A DNA stretch of 64,000 nt from Raillietiella orientalis (Eukaryota): positions 5,952,001-6,016,000 of the forward strand of contig JAYWIR010000004.1 in the NCBI GenBank assembly GCA_036172245.1, in the 5' to 3' direction. This document shows, piece by piece, positions 27,601-40,700 of the stretch. The notes below the pieces were generated by a model that did no database searches, was not told where the DNA came from, and saw only the letters and a program-made list of their open reading frames with translations. The number at the start of each line of letters is the position of its first letter. The stretch's first letter is position 1. Position numbers and translations under genes: made by a program.

Positions 27601-30204
27601 AACAATCGTTTCAGAAAATTAGCAATCGGTCCGTTGATGACTGAAGAGAAAAACGAGCTGGAATTGGCATAACATGGGAGATGAGAGAGGAAGAACAGCT
27701 TTCACTTGGAAACAGTGTAGCTCAATGGACAGAGAGAGTTTGTAAAAGGAATTCGGAATTCCTGTGTGACGTCATCAGCTGCACCCAGAGAATTAAACGC
27801 GTCTGTTGTTGATTATGCTCAAAAGATTTCTTTCGAAACGGGCAAATGAATGAATGGAATGGACTGTGCGGGCAGCAGGATGGTACGTGTTGCAGAGTCT
27901 GAGATGGGAATGATGAGTCTCAACTGCGTGATTACTGAAACAAGACACTGCATAGAGCTTGCATAGGTGGTGTAGGCAGTCAAGGTTTCCAGAGAAATGC
28001 CACTACGATTCGCCGACGGACTACAGACTGCAGCCCGCAAAAAAGCAAGAAAAGAAAGATCTTCGACTCTGTACCTGGGAAGCAACGAATGATGAAACAA
28101 CATAATGCAACGATAAGATGTGGAGGAAGAGAGGTGACTTCGCGATTCGAGGATACAGGGACCCGTTTCGCGCATTTCAGGCGATTCCGGAAAGCCGACA
28201 CTCAGTGGAAATCCAACTTTGAAAGACTGAAAGTTGGCATTCAAGGAGACAATGTCTTGAGATTGGTTTTTCCTCTCGAGACAAAAGTTTTGTTGCGAAA
28301 GCCGAATTCCAGGTTCTCCCTCTTGACTCCGTTTCTTAATCCGGATGCGCAATCTAGGGGCACGGTAATGAATGGCTGTTCCCAGCTGAAACATCTTCTT
28401 GCACAGGTCGATGGATGGAATTTTTCGTTTGTGAGGTGATGGTTCTTCCGATGCGCTAATATTTTTTTCCTCCGGTTCGAATCTGAAGCGATCCAAGTTG
28501 TAGGTGGAACTTCACGCCTATGCGTTGCTTTTGTTGTGCTGGCAATGGAGAAATCCTCAAGTTACTCTGGCCGCACGGCCGTCCTATGAAAATCGCTCTT
28601 TGGAAAATGCGTTCGAAATCCAATTCCGTAATCATCTTCGAGAACTCAGCTGCTCCCCGACTTGGGGCGGTCGCCGATGCAAATACATCTTTCCGTGTTA
28701 TTACTAGGTCGCTATGGAGTTTCATGCTGGGGATCTCCTCCTGCTGGGGTAACAGAAAACCGTTCCAATAAAAAGTATGCTTCCTCTTGATGAGAATCTT
28801 CGCTTGTTTATTTTTTCCAAAAAAAAAAAAAAGGAATCCTTTTTTGATCCACGTCTCCTTTCTCAGTATTCGACTTACTTCGATTAGCAATTCCGCTTAT
28901 CTGATCCAGCAGGAATACTGTAAAAACACGTTTCACCTCTTCTCCAACCTGTTGCTTCCATTCTTTTTTTGTTGTCGTTTTTGTTGCCTTGTTCTGAGGT
29001 CACTATACTTGAAATGGGGACTTTGTTTAATCTCTCCTGGAATAGCAGGAAAGGCATCATCAAGGTTTTCTTGCAATGTATTTTCTGCATTTGTTGTGAT
29101 CACAGATTTCAGCGGAGCAGATGGATCCTTGTAGAAAGATGAGACTATGAAGCTTCTTGTACACTGCCTTAAGGCAATCACTGACAGGTAATTCTTGGAA
29201 CGTTTTCCAAATGGAACTCGACCGTTGCTCCACAATAGGGATACAGAATTTGATTAGAAAAAAAAAAACAGTACGTCTCTGGACATCTCCTGGTATGGAA
29301 TTCATATCGTTCGTCGCACCATAAAATGAGTTGATGGTTAATGAGTTGATGGTTGATAAAATAGTTGATGCACTCTTATGTTCCACAAGATGCAGGTTCT
29401 TCTGAGTCTTGTTCATTTTTGATACCAATCACCAGTTCATTCCAATATGTTCACAAGAGAAATGGGAACCGTTTATTTGTTACTTCTTCATCCTTGCTAT
29501 CGGATCTTCATTGAAGTTCTTTTGGAGCCTTAGTATTAACTTTGCTGTTGCATTTTATTGCATGTATCTTTGCTTTTGTCTTTGTTTTCATTTCCATCAA
29601 AGGCTGTACGTGGCAAAAAAAAAAGCTCCCATGCTTTTGTTATAAACCTAACCACTTCACAAACCTTTGCTAAGACGGCAAGTGAGGTTTAGATTGTTTT
29701 AGGTCCATGTAGCGTGAGGTCCGTTCTCAAGTCCATTCTGCAAACACCTCAGGTTTCAAAGAATTAATAGCTATCCATGGGTTCTATTAATTTCCAGCTA
29801 CAAAAATCTGGTTTTGTGATGGCAGTTGTTTTTTATTTTAGTTTCTTCACGTGCATACGAAGCAACTTGTGTTTTGTCATTTTGCTTTTGGTATCTCAGC
29901 TTCAGAACAAACACTTCATTCTCTACATCCCGTAACATCGACTGTTTGATGGCTTCTGCGAGCAAACTTCTCATTCAACCTTGCTGGAGTAACTAGTTTG
30001 CCTACAAAGTACTCGAAAGTCCCCTACCCGAGTACTTGGAAAAGGAGTATTCGATTACATAGGATCGAAAAACTTCCTGTTAGACTGAAAAATAACCGAG
30101 CCTGTCACAGCATCTATAGCTGCGCCTGAATATTCCCACAAAAGGCGTGTTTCAAGCCTCGGTGAATCGTCTAAAAGTGACATGCAAGATTTCGAGCGTT
30201 ACTT

Positions 30205-30534
30205 ATCATTTTAAGCCACGGATGTTGTGAATGAGGTGTATCATCATGAGGGAAGCATAAGCTGATTTCAGCTCATTAGCTCATGAAACCATCAGTGAAC
30301 GTCAAGATAAGTCTTTGAGGAAAAATATTCCAATACCTAAATGGGCAGTCATATCGAACAGGGAGAAAAAGTTCTGCATGTTCAGAGAAATGAACGACCC
30401 GAGGTGTTTCTAATGAGTTTATCTCGGAGGAAGAAGGAACCTACGTGCTAGGCACCACCATGAAACTTGTGGAGTGGAATAGAGAGGTGCGATCAATTTC
30501 CCGGATGAGCAGGATCATTTTAAGCCACGGATGT
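30205..30534. repeat. Exact 21-bp direct repeat (30205-30225 and 30514-30534) flanking 288 bp
   Basis: ATCATTTTAAGCCACGGATGT occurs twice. Confidence 0.9.
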
Positions 30535-31732
30535 CATCAGAATCATCAACTGCTCGTTGATACCGATGATGATTCTGATTTATGAAACTAGATAAAGGAA
30601 AAGGGTAACACATTGATCTCCACTCCCAGCCAAGCGAAAAAGGAATGAATCCAAAAATACAGTTTGAGCAGGAACGATGAAGAATTTCAAAAACCTCACT
30701 CGTGGTTAAAATTAAACGTCCAACATAATTGCAAGTACTACAGCAGGAAACGTACACTTTTGTTTACAGTAGGAAGATTCGGGCTGAAACACGAACAGAA
30801 AACAAACGTCCAGAGCATATGCACTCGTGGAAAAAAAAAAAAAAAAAAAACAGTGATCCTCTTCTGAAATTTTTGCTCTCGAATTTTTCTTCCTTTACAC
30901 ACGTACGCACTTTAGGTTTATACATTGCAGAGAAAGCTTCATGGTGCCAATGCAAGAAAAGCCTCGCCATTCTGTGCGTTCAAAGCTTTGAACAAGAAGA
31001 AAGAATTAGCTCAGATAGTTCAGGAGATGGAATTCCAAGAATCACTGTAAACTGAACCCGCAAGGGTTGGTACACATTCTACATATCCTTGTCGTCTCTT
31101 GAAAACCTCTTTTATCTTTCATTGAGTACCTCAGAGTAGCTCTTCACTTATAAGTGGCGTATTTTATTTAGGTTGTTTTCTAAGATTTTTATCTGACTGT
31201 AAAATCGGATCTCTCTTGGGATTATACATTCCTGGAGATGAAAGTCATCAAATTATAAATAAGTAGTTACAATATTATATTATTATCACCAACCAGCAGG
31301 ATAATTCGAAAATTACCTTCTCACACTCTTTGATGAGATTTTGCTTTTTGCCCACTTGGGAAAGCATTTAGCAGTTCAGGAAGAGCCTTCTGCTACAAAA
31401 CCATCCGCCTATAGGATCCAGACGCGAAACCGTGAACGGTCTTTTACAGTTTCCGGTACTTAGGATCAACGAATACAGAAGTCCTCCTCCAGAAAGATAG
31501 TTAATCTTGAAGATGCTGGCACATGTTTTTCGCTCTTTTTTATTTGGAACTCTTCCACTGGTTGCCTCTGTCTTCTAATGGTCAGAATGCACCTCGAATA
31601 ACCCAATACATCTGTTCTTCCAGTCTTCATGATTCCTGATATATGGTCAGTGAATTTGTTGTGAGGCGGTCCTTGGATATTGCAGGGATTCTTTTGTTGC
31701 TTCCACTCGGAAGAACTTTGCTGAATGTGGAC

Positions 31733-31760
31733 CTTGGTCCATGATTTTTCATGGACCAAG
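31733..31760. repeat. Perfect 12-bp hairpin with TTTT loop
   Basis: CTTGGTCCATGA-TTTT-TCATGGACCAAG. Confidence 0.85.
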
Positions 31761-34700
31761 TAGTTGTTGTAAAGGAAAAAGCTCTCTTACAGAATCTCGA
31801 TACGAGTATTCGTGTTACTGCTCTTGTCTGCCCGTGGAATAATGTTCCTGAAAGTACGATTCTTCGGCACCAGCATCCTTAAATGAGATTTGTTCACTGA
31901 AAGCAGCCATTATCTTCCCATTAATTTGTTCAGTTCTTCGAGCTTGCACACTGTATTTTGTTCTGCGTCACTTATGGCATCTTATAGCATTTTTCCAACT
32001 GGCTGATAAAAGCGATTCCCTGCATTTCTTCAAGTTTTGCTATGTAAAAGGAAATACTTTTCATCTGTCGGTGTCTCCAGAGGAATTTCGAGAATTTCAT
32101 CACTTCCGATTCTGTTAAGAAGGGTGCCCGAAAGAGAAAGAGCATCAGCGTGCCGGACTTGGGTTTTTTTAAATTTCATCCAAGGTCATTTCGCTGGAAA
32201 TTCCTCACAGCATTTCTTAATCACAGCTCTGGCTACATGCTGAACACATTTATTATGGCAGGCACGCTTACTCCGATGACACCCCATTTTAAAAGTAGCC
32301 TCAGAGAACACCTCATCTCGAAGCACTGTTCAGCTTACAGTTGGGCAAGCCTCGAAAAGCTCAGTGACTGCAAATATCCTTCTGGTAATCAAATTAGCCA
32401 CGACGCCGTTGCATGTGCCGACTGTCGGCTATAGGAAAAGCCACCACGTGGCATTCCCGAACTGTTTTCTTGTGATGGGTGACTTTCGATGCTTCCGCGA
32501 AACCGTCTTCTCAACTTTTCCTGCTGAACACCTCATTGCGCGGGAATCCCAAAGCATGACGCCGTCTCCCAATTCCTCTTGGAAAACAACTTTCATTTTG
32601 GGGCGAATGCTTTGATCTCCTGTAATCTACGGTTTCATCACATCGGAAAATACAAAATCCGTCCGTGCAATTCTGCGATCTCGTCGTGAAAGCCGGCTCG
32701 TCTGCTGTGAAAATAAACGCAGCGTGAAAGAATCGTGTTTACCAAACAAGATGGTCCACAGATTCGTTCCCGTTACCGGAATTTGTTTCATATGCGGTTC
32801 CCTGGATCAGATGATGGAGCAGTTCCTTTGGAAATTCGGAAAAGGGAAATCGGGAAGGCACAGGGGCAGTTTAAGGGAAAAACTCGCTTTTGACCGGGAT
32901 CGACCCTCCTTTACGGTAGATCCAGCCACTCTGCATTCTGTCCTTTTTGATGACTGTGGAGGAGAGAACCTCCCATCATTCCAGTAGAACTTTGGAAATT
33001 TCTGCTGGATACGCAAAACTACGATTTCAGCTGCTCAAGAACTTGACACGCCGTTTAGAATTTCTGCTCCTCTGCAGAAATCATTAGCAGCAGCCGTACG
33101 CTGAGCGCGTCTGAAGCGAATATTGCACGACCCATTACTACCGTCGGAAAACAGATTTTCGTCTCCCTCAAATCTACCATATCTTAGGCAGATCAAAGAC
33201 TATATACGTCTTTCTTGGTACACTTTGCCCAAGTGGACTCGTCACACTCGTGCTTGTGTTGCCGATGGTTACAGTGGTCCCCACTGCTCAGCACGACTGC
33301 TGTGGCAATCCTTCACCAGTGTCCTTTATGCAAATGATCTCATAAACTTCTCGGAATCGAAGTCCATTTTCTTCCTCACCTGCGCTTGTTTATTCAGAGC
33401 CTTCTGCCCACCGACTGGTTTCATCCTCCGCTTTTCATTGAGAAGATTTCATTGAGCACAAGGTTTTCGGATGGACAAAATAAGGTGGCTGAGGAATCAA
33501 AAAGTCATTTGCCTTGATGCTTTGGGTTTCTTCGGGCTCTCTGTAAAATTCGTGAGCAATTTTCGAAACCTAAAAATCGAAAATTATTTCCTTAGATCAG
33601 CAGTTTTCCTCAGATGACTGCAGCCGTGGCATCCGAGTTCTAAACATCGTTTTTCTTCTTTCTCTCCTCTCCCTCCCCCCCCCCCCCCCAACCTTTCAAT
33701 CCCGTTTGCGATGCCTCATATTTACAGACGCTCTCTTTGCTCTCACTCAGATGAAAGTTCTAAGAAAGGGATTCCTCACGGTCACCAGTACAAAACTGAA
33801 GTCTACGAAAATAGTTCCAAAATTTTAGAGCCAAGGATGAGCTTAAGTAGAATTTTCGGAAAGTGACAATCAGCTCCTGATTTGATGATCCCGTTCGTTA
33901 ATGGATCACGTTTGATCTTGAAAATTTCGGGTTGAGAACTCGAGATCGTCAGTTCAAATCGTCCGCTAGATGCAAATCTGCTCTCTAGGCGATCTCCGTG
34001 TGCATCTCCTCAAAATAATTCGTGACCCATCCAACCAACACATCTGTTACGCTCGGCAAAGCATCCACGTGATGATTTCTTTCACCATCGGTGATCATAA
34101 GCTGCGGAGTATTTACGATGGGAGTGACACTTTTTACAGTTGAATCGTTCCTCTTATCTGGGAACCCATTCCCTCTTCAGAAGACTCTGGACGCTTCTTG
34201 CCAGCGTTCGATGACTGGAGGTTTTTTCTTTCTTTCTTTCTCTCTCCATTCATTCCTGGTAACGCAGATAGGACCACGTTGCTCACCACCCCCGTGCTCC
34301 TCGATCGACTCGGTCTTCGAATTTCCAACAGAGACGGAATCAGATGTTTGCTCTCCGGGTTTCCCCCTTTCGCTTTGAGCTTTAGGAACTCGCGTTCCAG
34401 GAGATGGTGCTGAAACGAACAGAGCAAACAGTAAGATTGAGTTTCGATTTCCTTCTGCAAGCGTTGGTTGTGGTTTTGTGCGTCCAAATGTCAGGGGACG
34501 ACTTCCGCACACGATGAACTCTCTGGGAGACCGCGTTCACCAGTCTTGCGAATGGTAGTGCATTCGTGTAGAGTGCTGCTCTTCAACTCTGCAACCTGTC
34601 GTGTTCTTCTCCGATGCGGTCAAAATTTGGTCGGATGTAAACCGAATTGCGTTCTTTGTCTGGCTGCTTGGGGCTCCAAGAAAGTCAGACTAAGGCAAGG

Positions 34701-37700
34701 TCGTCAATGATTATTCATATGATTTCAAGAACCGTTTTCATCTCAATATGTTTTGTGGATCAGAGTTCATCATCAGGCAAGTCAGTCGGTTTTCATCTGA
34801 GCTGCAGAAAGTTGAGAACTGACTCATCACTTGATGGGGTTATTGTCTGTAGTGTCTAAAAGCATTTTGGCAGAAAAACATCGCCCCTCTGGTGCCTTGT
34901 TCAGGCTTTGCTTTTTCTATTTGAAGATATCTGTGCTTGTATCTGTGAAGATGTATTTCTAACAATTAATCGATGCTCATCAGACTCTTTCCTGCGATCT
35001 GTGAGCTACGAGGTAAGAGTCTCTTACAGAGATTCTGAGAATATCTCAAGCCCAAATGAAAACTCAATGCCTCTTTCTGTGAGAGGCTTTCTCCCTCGCT
35101 CCAAAGAACTGGACTGCTCAACCCTTTGAAGAGTTTTTCTTTCTTTGCAGTCATCTTTTGAGAAACTCCATTAAGTAATTATAAGATCTACATTAGAAAT
35201 GGCTTCGTCGATTTCTTGAATACTTTTTGGGAATTTCAGTTGCCCCATGTGTCCACTAAGGTGACACAGCGTTGTCCTTAGGTGTATCTTCTGTCGAGAA
35301 AACCTTTGTGATGTTTGCCTGTAGCAGCCTTTAATAATTTTAAAAATTACTGTGTGACAGCGTATCGTAACAGCTAGCTAATAATCCCTGCTTTCCTATT
35401 TGAGCAGACTTCCTCAGAACATCCGAAGCGTGCTCCTGGTTCTTGGTATCTGCACACAGAGACACGAATTGACTGTCTTCCATCAAACATTCCTTTTTCC
35501 TTTCTTAGCTCATACAGCCTCCATGTCTTCCAGTAACTTTTCTGGACATCCCATGTTATAAAGTGCCTTTCAGAAGTCTCCTCTGATCTGTTTGTATGTG
35601 CATGAAAAATTAATCGGAAGTCGATGTCGTTTTGTTTTGTTGTGTTTTCATCATTTTCCTCTCCAGATGCATGTTTGTATCGAATCTCTGAAATTTTCTT
35701 TTGTCTCCTGAACTTGAGAATTCCTCGTTGAACGTTTACCTCTCATTATCTCCTTGCGGCATATCCTTCAGTACGGCTTGATTTCTTAAACGCACATGCA
35801 TTTAACGTTCCTCGAGAAAATTCATCGAAAATATTGGTTTTGTGCACCTCGTACAGCGTTTTTTTTTTTTTTTTTTTTTTTTCTCGTTCCTGAGATAGTC
35901 CAAACAAAGCTTCCTCGGCGGTGCCTGTGACCTTTTGTCACTGCGCAATTCCCCGGCTTGTTTGCACGAAAATCCGAGCGGAAAAAGCTCGTCTTGGAAA
36001 CCAGAACTTTGTAAGAACAGTCACTGGTGCACTAGTGCACTAATGCAACTCTTCTCGAGCAAGAGACCGGTGGAAATGGAACGCCATCTCTATTTCGTGC
36101 ATTGACGACAGTTCACTGGCTACCCTTGCAGCACTTCGATCACTCCAGTTCAATCGGGTTGATTCCAGGTGCAGAATCCCTGAGGAATCCTTATCCTCGT
36201 ATCTTCAATAATCCCTATGTTCTGGCACTGTTTTCCTGTTTGCAGTATTCCTCTTAAACATCCTTGCCTCTGCGTCTTTTTGAGAATAAAGAGTCGTCAA
36301 AGACCTGCTTGAGTCTTCAGAGTCACGTTGCAAAAGTTGCCTAACTGGAAACTCAGTCGATGTCGTCAAGATGTTGCTGAGATAAGAAAAAGTGGCACTG
36401 CAGCAATACATCTGTTGTTCAGATTCGCTTGATCCCTCTCGCTGCTGGAAGACGGCGGCGACGAGGTTTGTCCTGCACAACCTTGCGAATTGGAAGTTTC
36501 GACTGCCGACGAAATGAGAAGTTTCATCTGAAATTTCGAAATCTCGAGTTGGCCTAGAAAATGCTGACTCCTACATCAAGGATTCAAAGGGATCCTAGCC
36601 ACACAACCTCTTTTGGCTGCTTGCTGATCGTACCTAGTGTCAAACATTTGTTGCTCTTGAAGAAACGGATGTTCTCCTGGTCGCTGGTAGTAATTCTAAC
36701 GAATAGACATGGTTCCATCGACTGTGTGCTTAATGGCATCTGATCTGCTATGCCACAATCAAAGGATACCACTTCCAGATTGCTTAGTTCAAGGTGGAAA
36801 TTCATCTAAAGAGTTTTGACAGTAAGAAAGTTTGTTCGTGAAAGCGATCATGCTGTAGCTTAAGATGCACCTGCCTTCGCTATTACATAAAATTTCGCTT
36901 CGCTTTGGTCATATTAGGCATGAGCTCTAACTTCCAAATGCACAATTCGAAATTATTACACCCTTTTGGGTAGAACGCAATCCTAGGATCTGGCAGAATC
37001 TACCATCAATAGCCATTTTTAGGTTGCATGAAATTGCTTTATTTTTATTTGTTGTTATTACCTTGATTCAATGGAAGACGATATTTGGGACACAGACGTG
37101 CATCGAATTTCTTCATTGCTTTTGGATCTTTTTGGATTGTCTTTCCGATTTGTCTCGAGCGTTTGGCTTCTTGAGATTTTGCTGAAGTTCTTTCGTGCTT
37201 CAGGTTATTACTACAGTTCGCCAAGTCCCATCGTTCGAATTCGTCTGGACGCTGCTCACACCAGAATCACACGGTCCTCCAGACATTCTGGAACGGAATG
37301 TCCAGAAAGCGTATTCACCTATACGTCCGTTTACTTCCGATCCTGTTAGAGCCATTCAGTCTTTCTTGAAACGCGTCGTATTTGATATTTGACGGCCTCT
37401 CCCGCAAACAACCTGGACGCCATTGGTTGAAATTTCCGAATGCATCTCTTATTAAGCTCGAGATTCCCATCGCTTGGACTATAAACGGAGAGGAACCGAT
37501 GATTTGCATCACTGGAGCATTTGTTTGTGTCCTTGTTTCACTAGATAACCACTGTTGCTTGCGTCTTCGAGGTTTCAGCAAACCTCCTTGATGATTGTTT
37601 GGCACTGACTTGTGATTTCAAGGGACAAAGGCTTTCTATGACCAAAGGTTTTCTTTTTCTTATGATGTTCTCAAGACGCCATCCATCCTTTTGACTTCTC

Positions 37701-40700
37701 TTTAAGAGACTGCTGTTTCCAGACCACGACTTGGTCGTTGGTCGTTCTCTCCATTCGAGCTGACGTTTCGCTGTTCGTTATCTCTGGATATTCAGCGTCT
37801 TTAATCGCCTTCTCAACGATCATGTTTGCGATTTTTCGTTTTTGTTTTCCTTTTTATTTTGTTTTTCGCTTAGCGATGAAAGTTCTCTGATGCATCAGAT
37901 GCCTTGGGATTAATCTTGCAGACCAGCCAATTAAGAGACCGACTGGGTGTGCTGGCGCTGAATTTCAATCCGAGTGAATAAAACTCTGGGAAAAAGAGTG
38001 GAAAAGTAACAGCACGATTAAACGGACCTGTAGGCAGAATCCAAGAAAACGAGATCAAACAGTGAACGGTCGAAATGATAACAAAAAAAAAACATCCTTT
38101 TAAGAAAAGATAAGAATAAAGCAGGTAGATGACAATTTGCTTCCTAAGCAAGTTGAATACTTGATTCGGACCTCAGCATTCGATTTCGAGTGCTTTATAC
38201 CTATCATCTCCTGGAGCATTCCCCATCTCCATTTAATTTGTTACCGAAATTTCCATCCATTCTGCCCTCGTGCCGTCTCTGCGACCGGAGACACAGGTGC
38301 ATTCTTTCTGAGGCGAAATGAATCTTATCCGCGCTCCTCGGATCCTGTGGCTGGATGAAGGTTTTGAGATGAAAGCTGCGAGCCCAGCCATATGTGCTTC
38401 GTATCTGCTACACACCTACTAACCCTTAGTCGCTGGCGTTCCGGACTGACCTCAGGAAGAGCGCTCGCCTCTCCGATGACTCGGGGAATTTTCGCATCCC
38501 TTGCCAGTCAGCAGATCTGCGTCTCTCTGTGTTTCGCAGCCGGAGTCCCCATAGGATCCCATCTTCCTGGAACCAGTTTTTTTTTTCTCCAAGCATGGGA
38601 TCGGAGTTGATGTGTCTCGAAGTTTCCTCGGAAACAGATGTCTCTCAAGCTGTCCGAACAGCTTTCGATTGGAAAAGCGACGATCCAATCGTTGGATCCA
38701 CAAAAGGGCGGCGAAGCAGATCCAAAGGTACCAGACCAGGCAGGATGCTTTTCCATACATCTGAAATGCTACCATCGCTCCAAGGCAGGAGTGAACTGCG
38801 ATGCCTGAAACGTGAGCTCGTTCGCATCTCTCTCAAATGATCTCATGGTTTCGGCTGTACCTGCGAGGGAGCTATTTCTGTTGAACGCCTTGCATTTGAC
38901 ACTTGCATCCTGGAGTCATCTTCCCATTCGTTTCCCATTTTTTGACTGACTGCTGTCGCTGGCATCTTTGAAACGCTAGCTGGAGTCTTCTGCACCGTTT
39001 TCACCGATCTCCAGGCATTCAGACGAATTTCTCCTGCATTCCGATTTAGAGTCCCGAAAAGTCTCTCTCCCAACCTCCTATGTCACGGCTAAGAGTTTTG
39101 GAAGGCTTTCGTTCCTGGCGGCAAGCTAATAAATCACGTGATCCCGTTTCTCTTTGCGCGATTTGGGTGAAGAGGATTCGGTCGGAATACCGGAAGAATC
39201 AACAACCTGGCAGGGGTCCCCCTACCCCTGCAACCGGATTCATGTCCAACCGTTCGTTCCTCTCTTTTTCGTTTGGAATGATGGGAACCCTGAGTGAATG
39301 CTCTCCTCCAGAGTCTCGCTGGCGCAGAGAGCTCCAGGAATCGGAAGCGAGGCTGATTTCTCAAGGTCATCGATAAGGTCTTTTGCGGCACCCATGAGAG
39401 GGCGGTCGCGGCACGCTCTACAGCACCATCCGGCTCGGCCTCTCAGAGACTCGGTCCGCGCCCGTGTGGATCACTTCCGTGCCGCCGCCGCAATTCGCTG
39501 TGCGGTTTCTTCTTCTTTTTCGAACCACGTGATTCAGATCAAGGTCACAAGCACGTTTCCGGGACTCCTTCTTCCTGCTCCGAACGTTCCTCCCCCTCCC
39601 TTGCTCCCATTTCTCAAAGGTGCTTCCGAAAGAGCGCGGTGTTTCCCTCAGCAGGTAGCACTCAGTGGCGCGCATGCATGCCAGGATGTGGACGTGTCCA
39701 CTGCGTTCTCCAACACGGGCGCACTCGGAGTTCTCAGAGCGGCTTCATTCACCACCTTCCTTCAGTTTGCTTGCTCGCTGAGCATTCCAGCCCCCGGCGG
39801 TCGTCGAGCCACCGCGGTGTCCACTCGGGCGGGCAAACTTCCTCCCTCCACGATCGAGCGTAACCATGGGGGCGGTGCCTTCCACCGTTTGGGGAGATGC
39901 CGAGTTTCGCTCCTTCCTGCATCGCCGCGAACTCTTCGGCCTCCCTCGAACGCTTTCGCCGTCCACGAGTGGTGCTGCACGCTAGCGGCCGTCTGTCTGC
40001 GGTCTCCGTCGTGAGTTCGAATTCCACAGGGGGAAGAAAGATCGACACTGAAAATGGGGGGGAGGGGGGTCAGCGTGGACCAACCAGCGTCGTCATTCCG
40101 CAGGATAACACTGGTTGGCCTGCAGGTTCCGGGTGGAAACTGGAAACGGAATGCTCCCGTTGATAGGCCAGGATTGGGAGTTGACCCTCTGGGATTCTTC
40201 CAGTTCCCTTCGGAGCCCCCTCCGGCTGCAAAAATGGAGCCCTCCCAGCAGACGTTGGAGTGGGGCCTCCATCCTTTGCGAGCCATGGAGCTGGTTGACT
40301 GACACCTCTCCAGAGGGTGAAATGCGCTGCTCTCTTAGGGAGCGACCCTTCAGTGAAAATCTGGAAGCGTACCTTCAGAGTCCTCTTCGTAGGAAAAAAC
40401 AAGGAGAGGTTCCCTTGCAGGTGCCCTCTGGAGAAGAAATGAGGAGTGGCACCCTTTGGGGGACCCCTCCGGAGAGAAAGAGGGAGGGATTCTCTTCGGA
40501 ACTCCCTCCCAATTGTGAGAGGAACGGACTCCTTCCTCCGGAGTCCTTCCTAGATTCATAGGGTGGTCCCCTCCCGGGGAACCCCCAACTGGAAGAGTTA
40601 GACTCACCCCTGGATGGGGTGGACATCATTAAAGAGTTTCATGAGTCTCCCCTAAGGCAGCAACGACTCTTCAGCACTTCAGACGATGGTCAGGCGGACC

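Noticed and set aside
27715..27775. tRNA A-box-like TAGCTCAATGG
   Set aside because: No proper B-box or cloverleaf; at most a decayed SINE head.
27819..28496. 225-aa minus-strand ORF in the large intron as a nested gene
   Set aside because: Non-ATG start, no recognisable domain, composition not convincingly protein-like.
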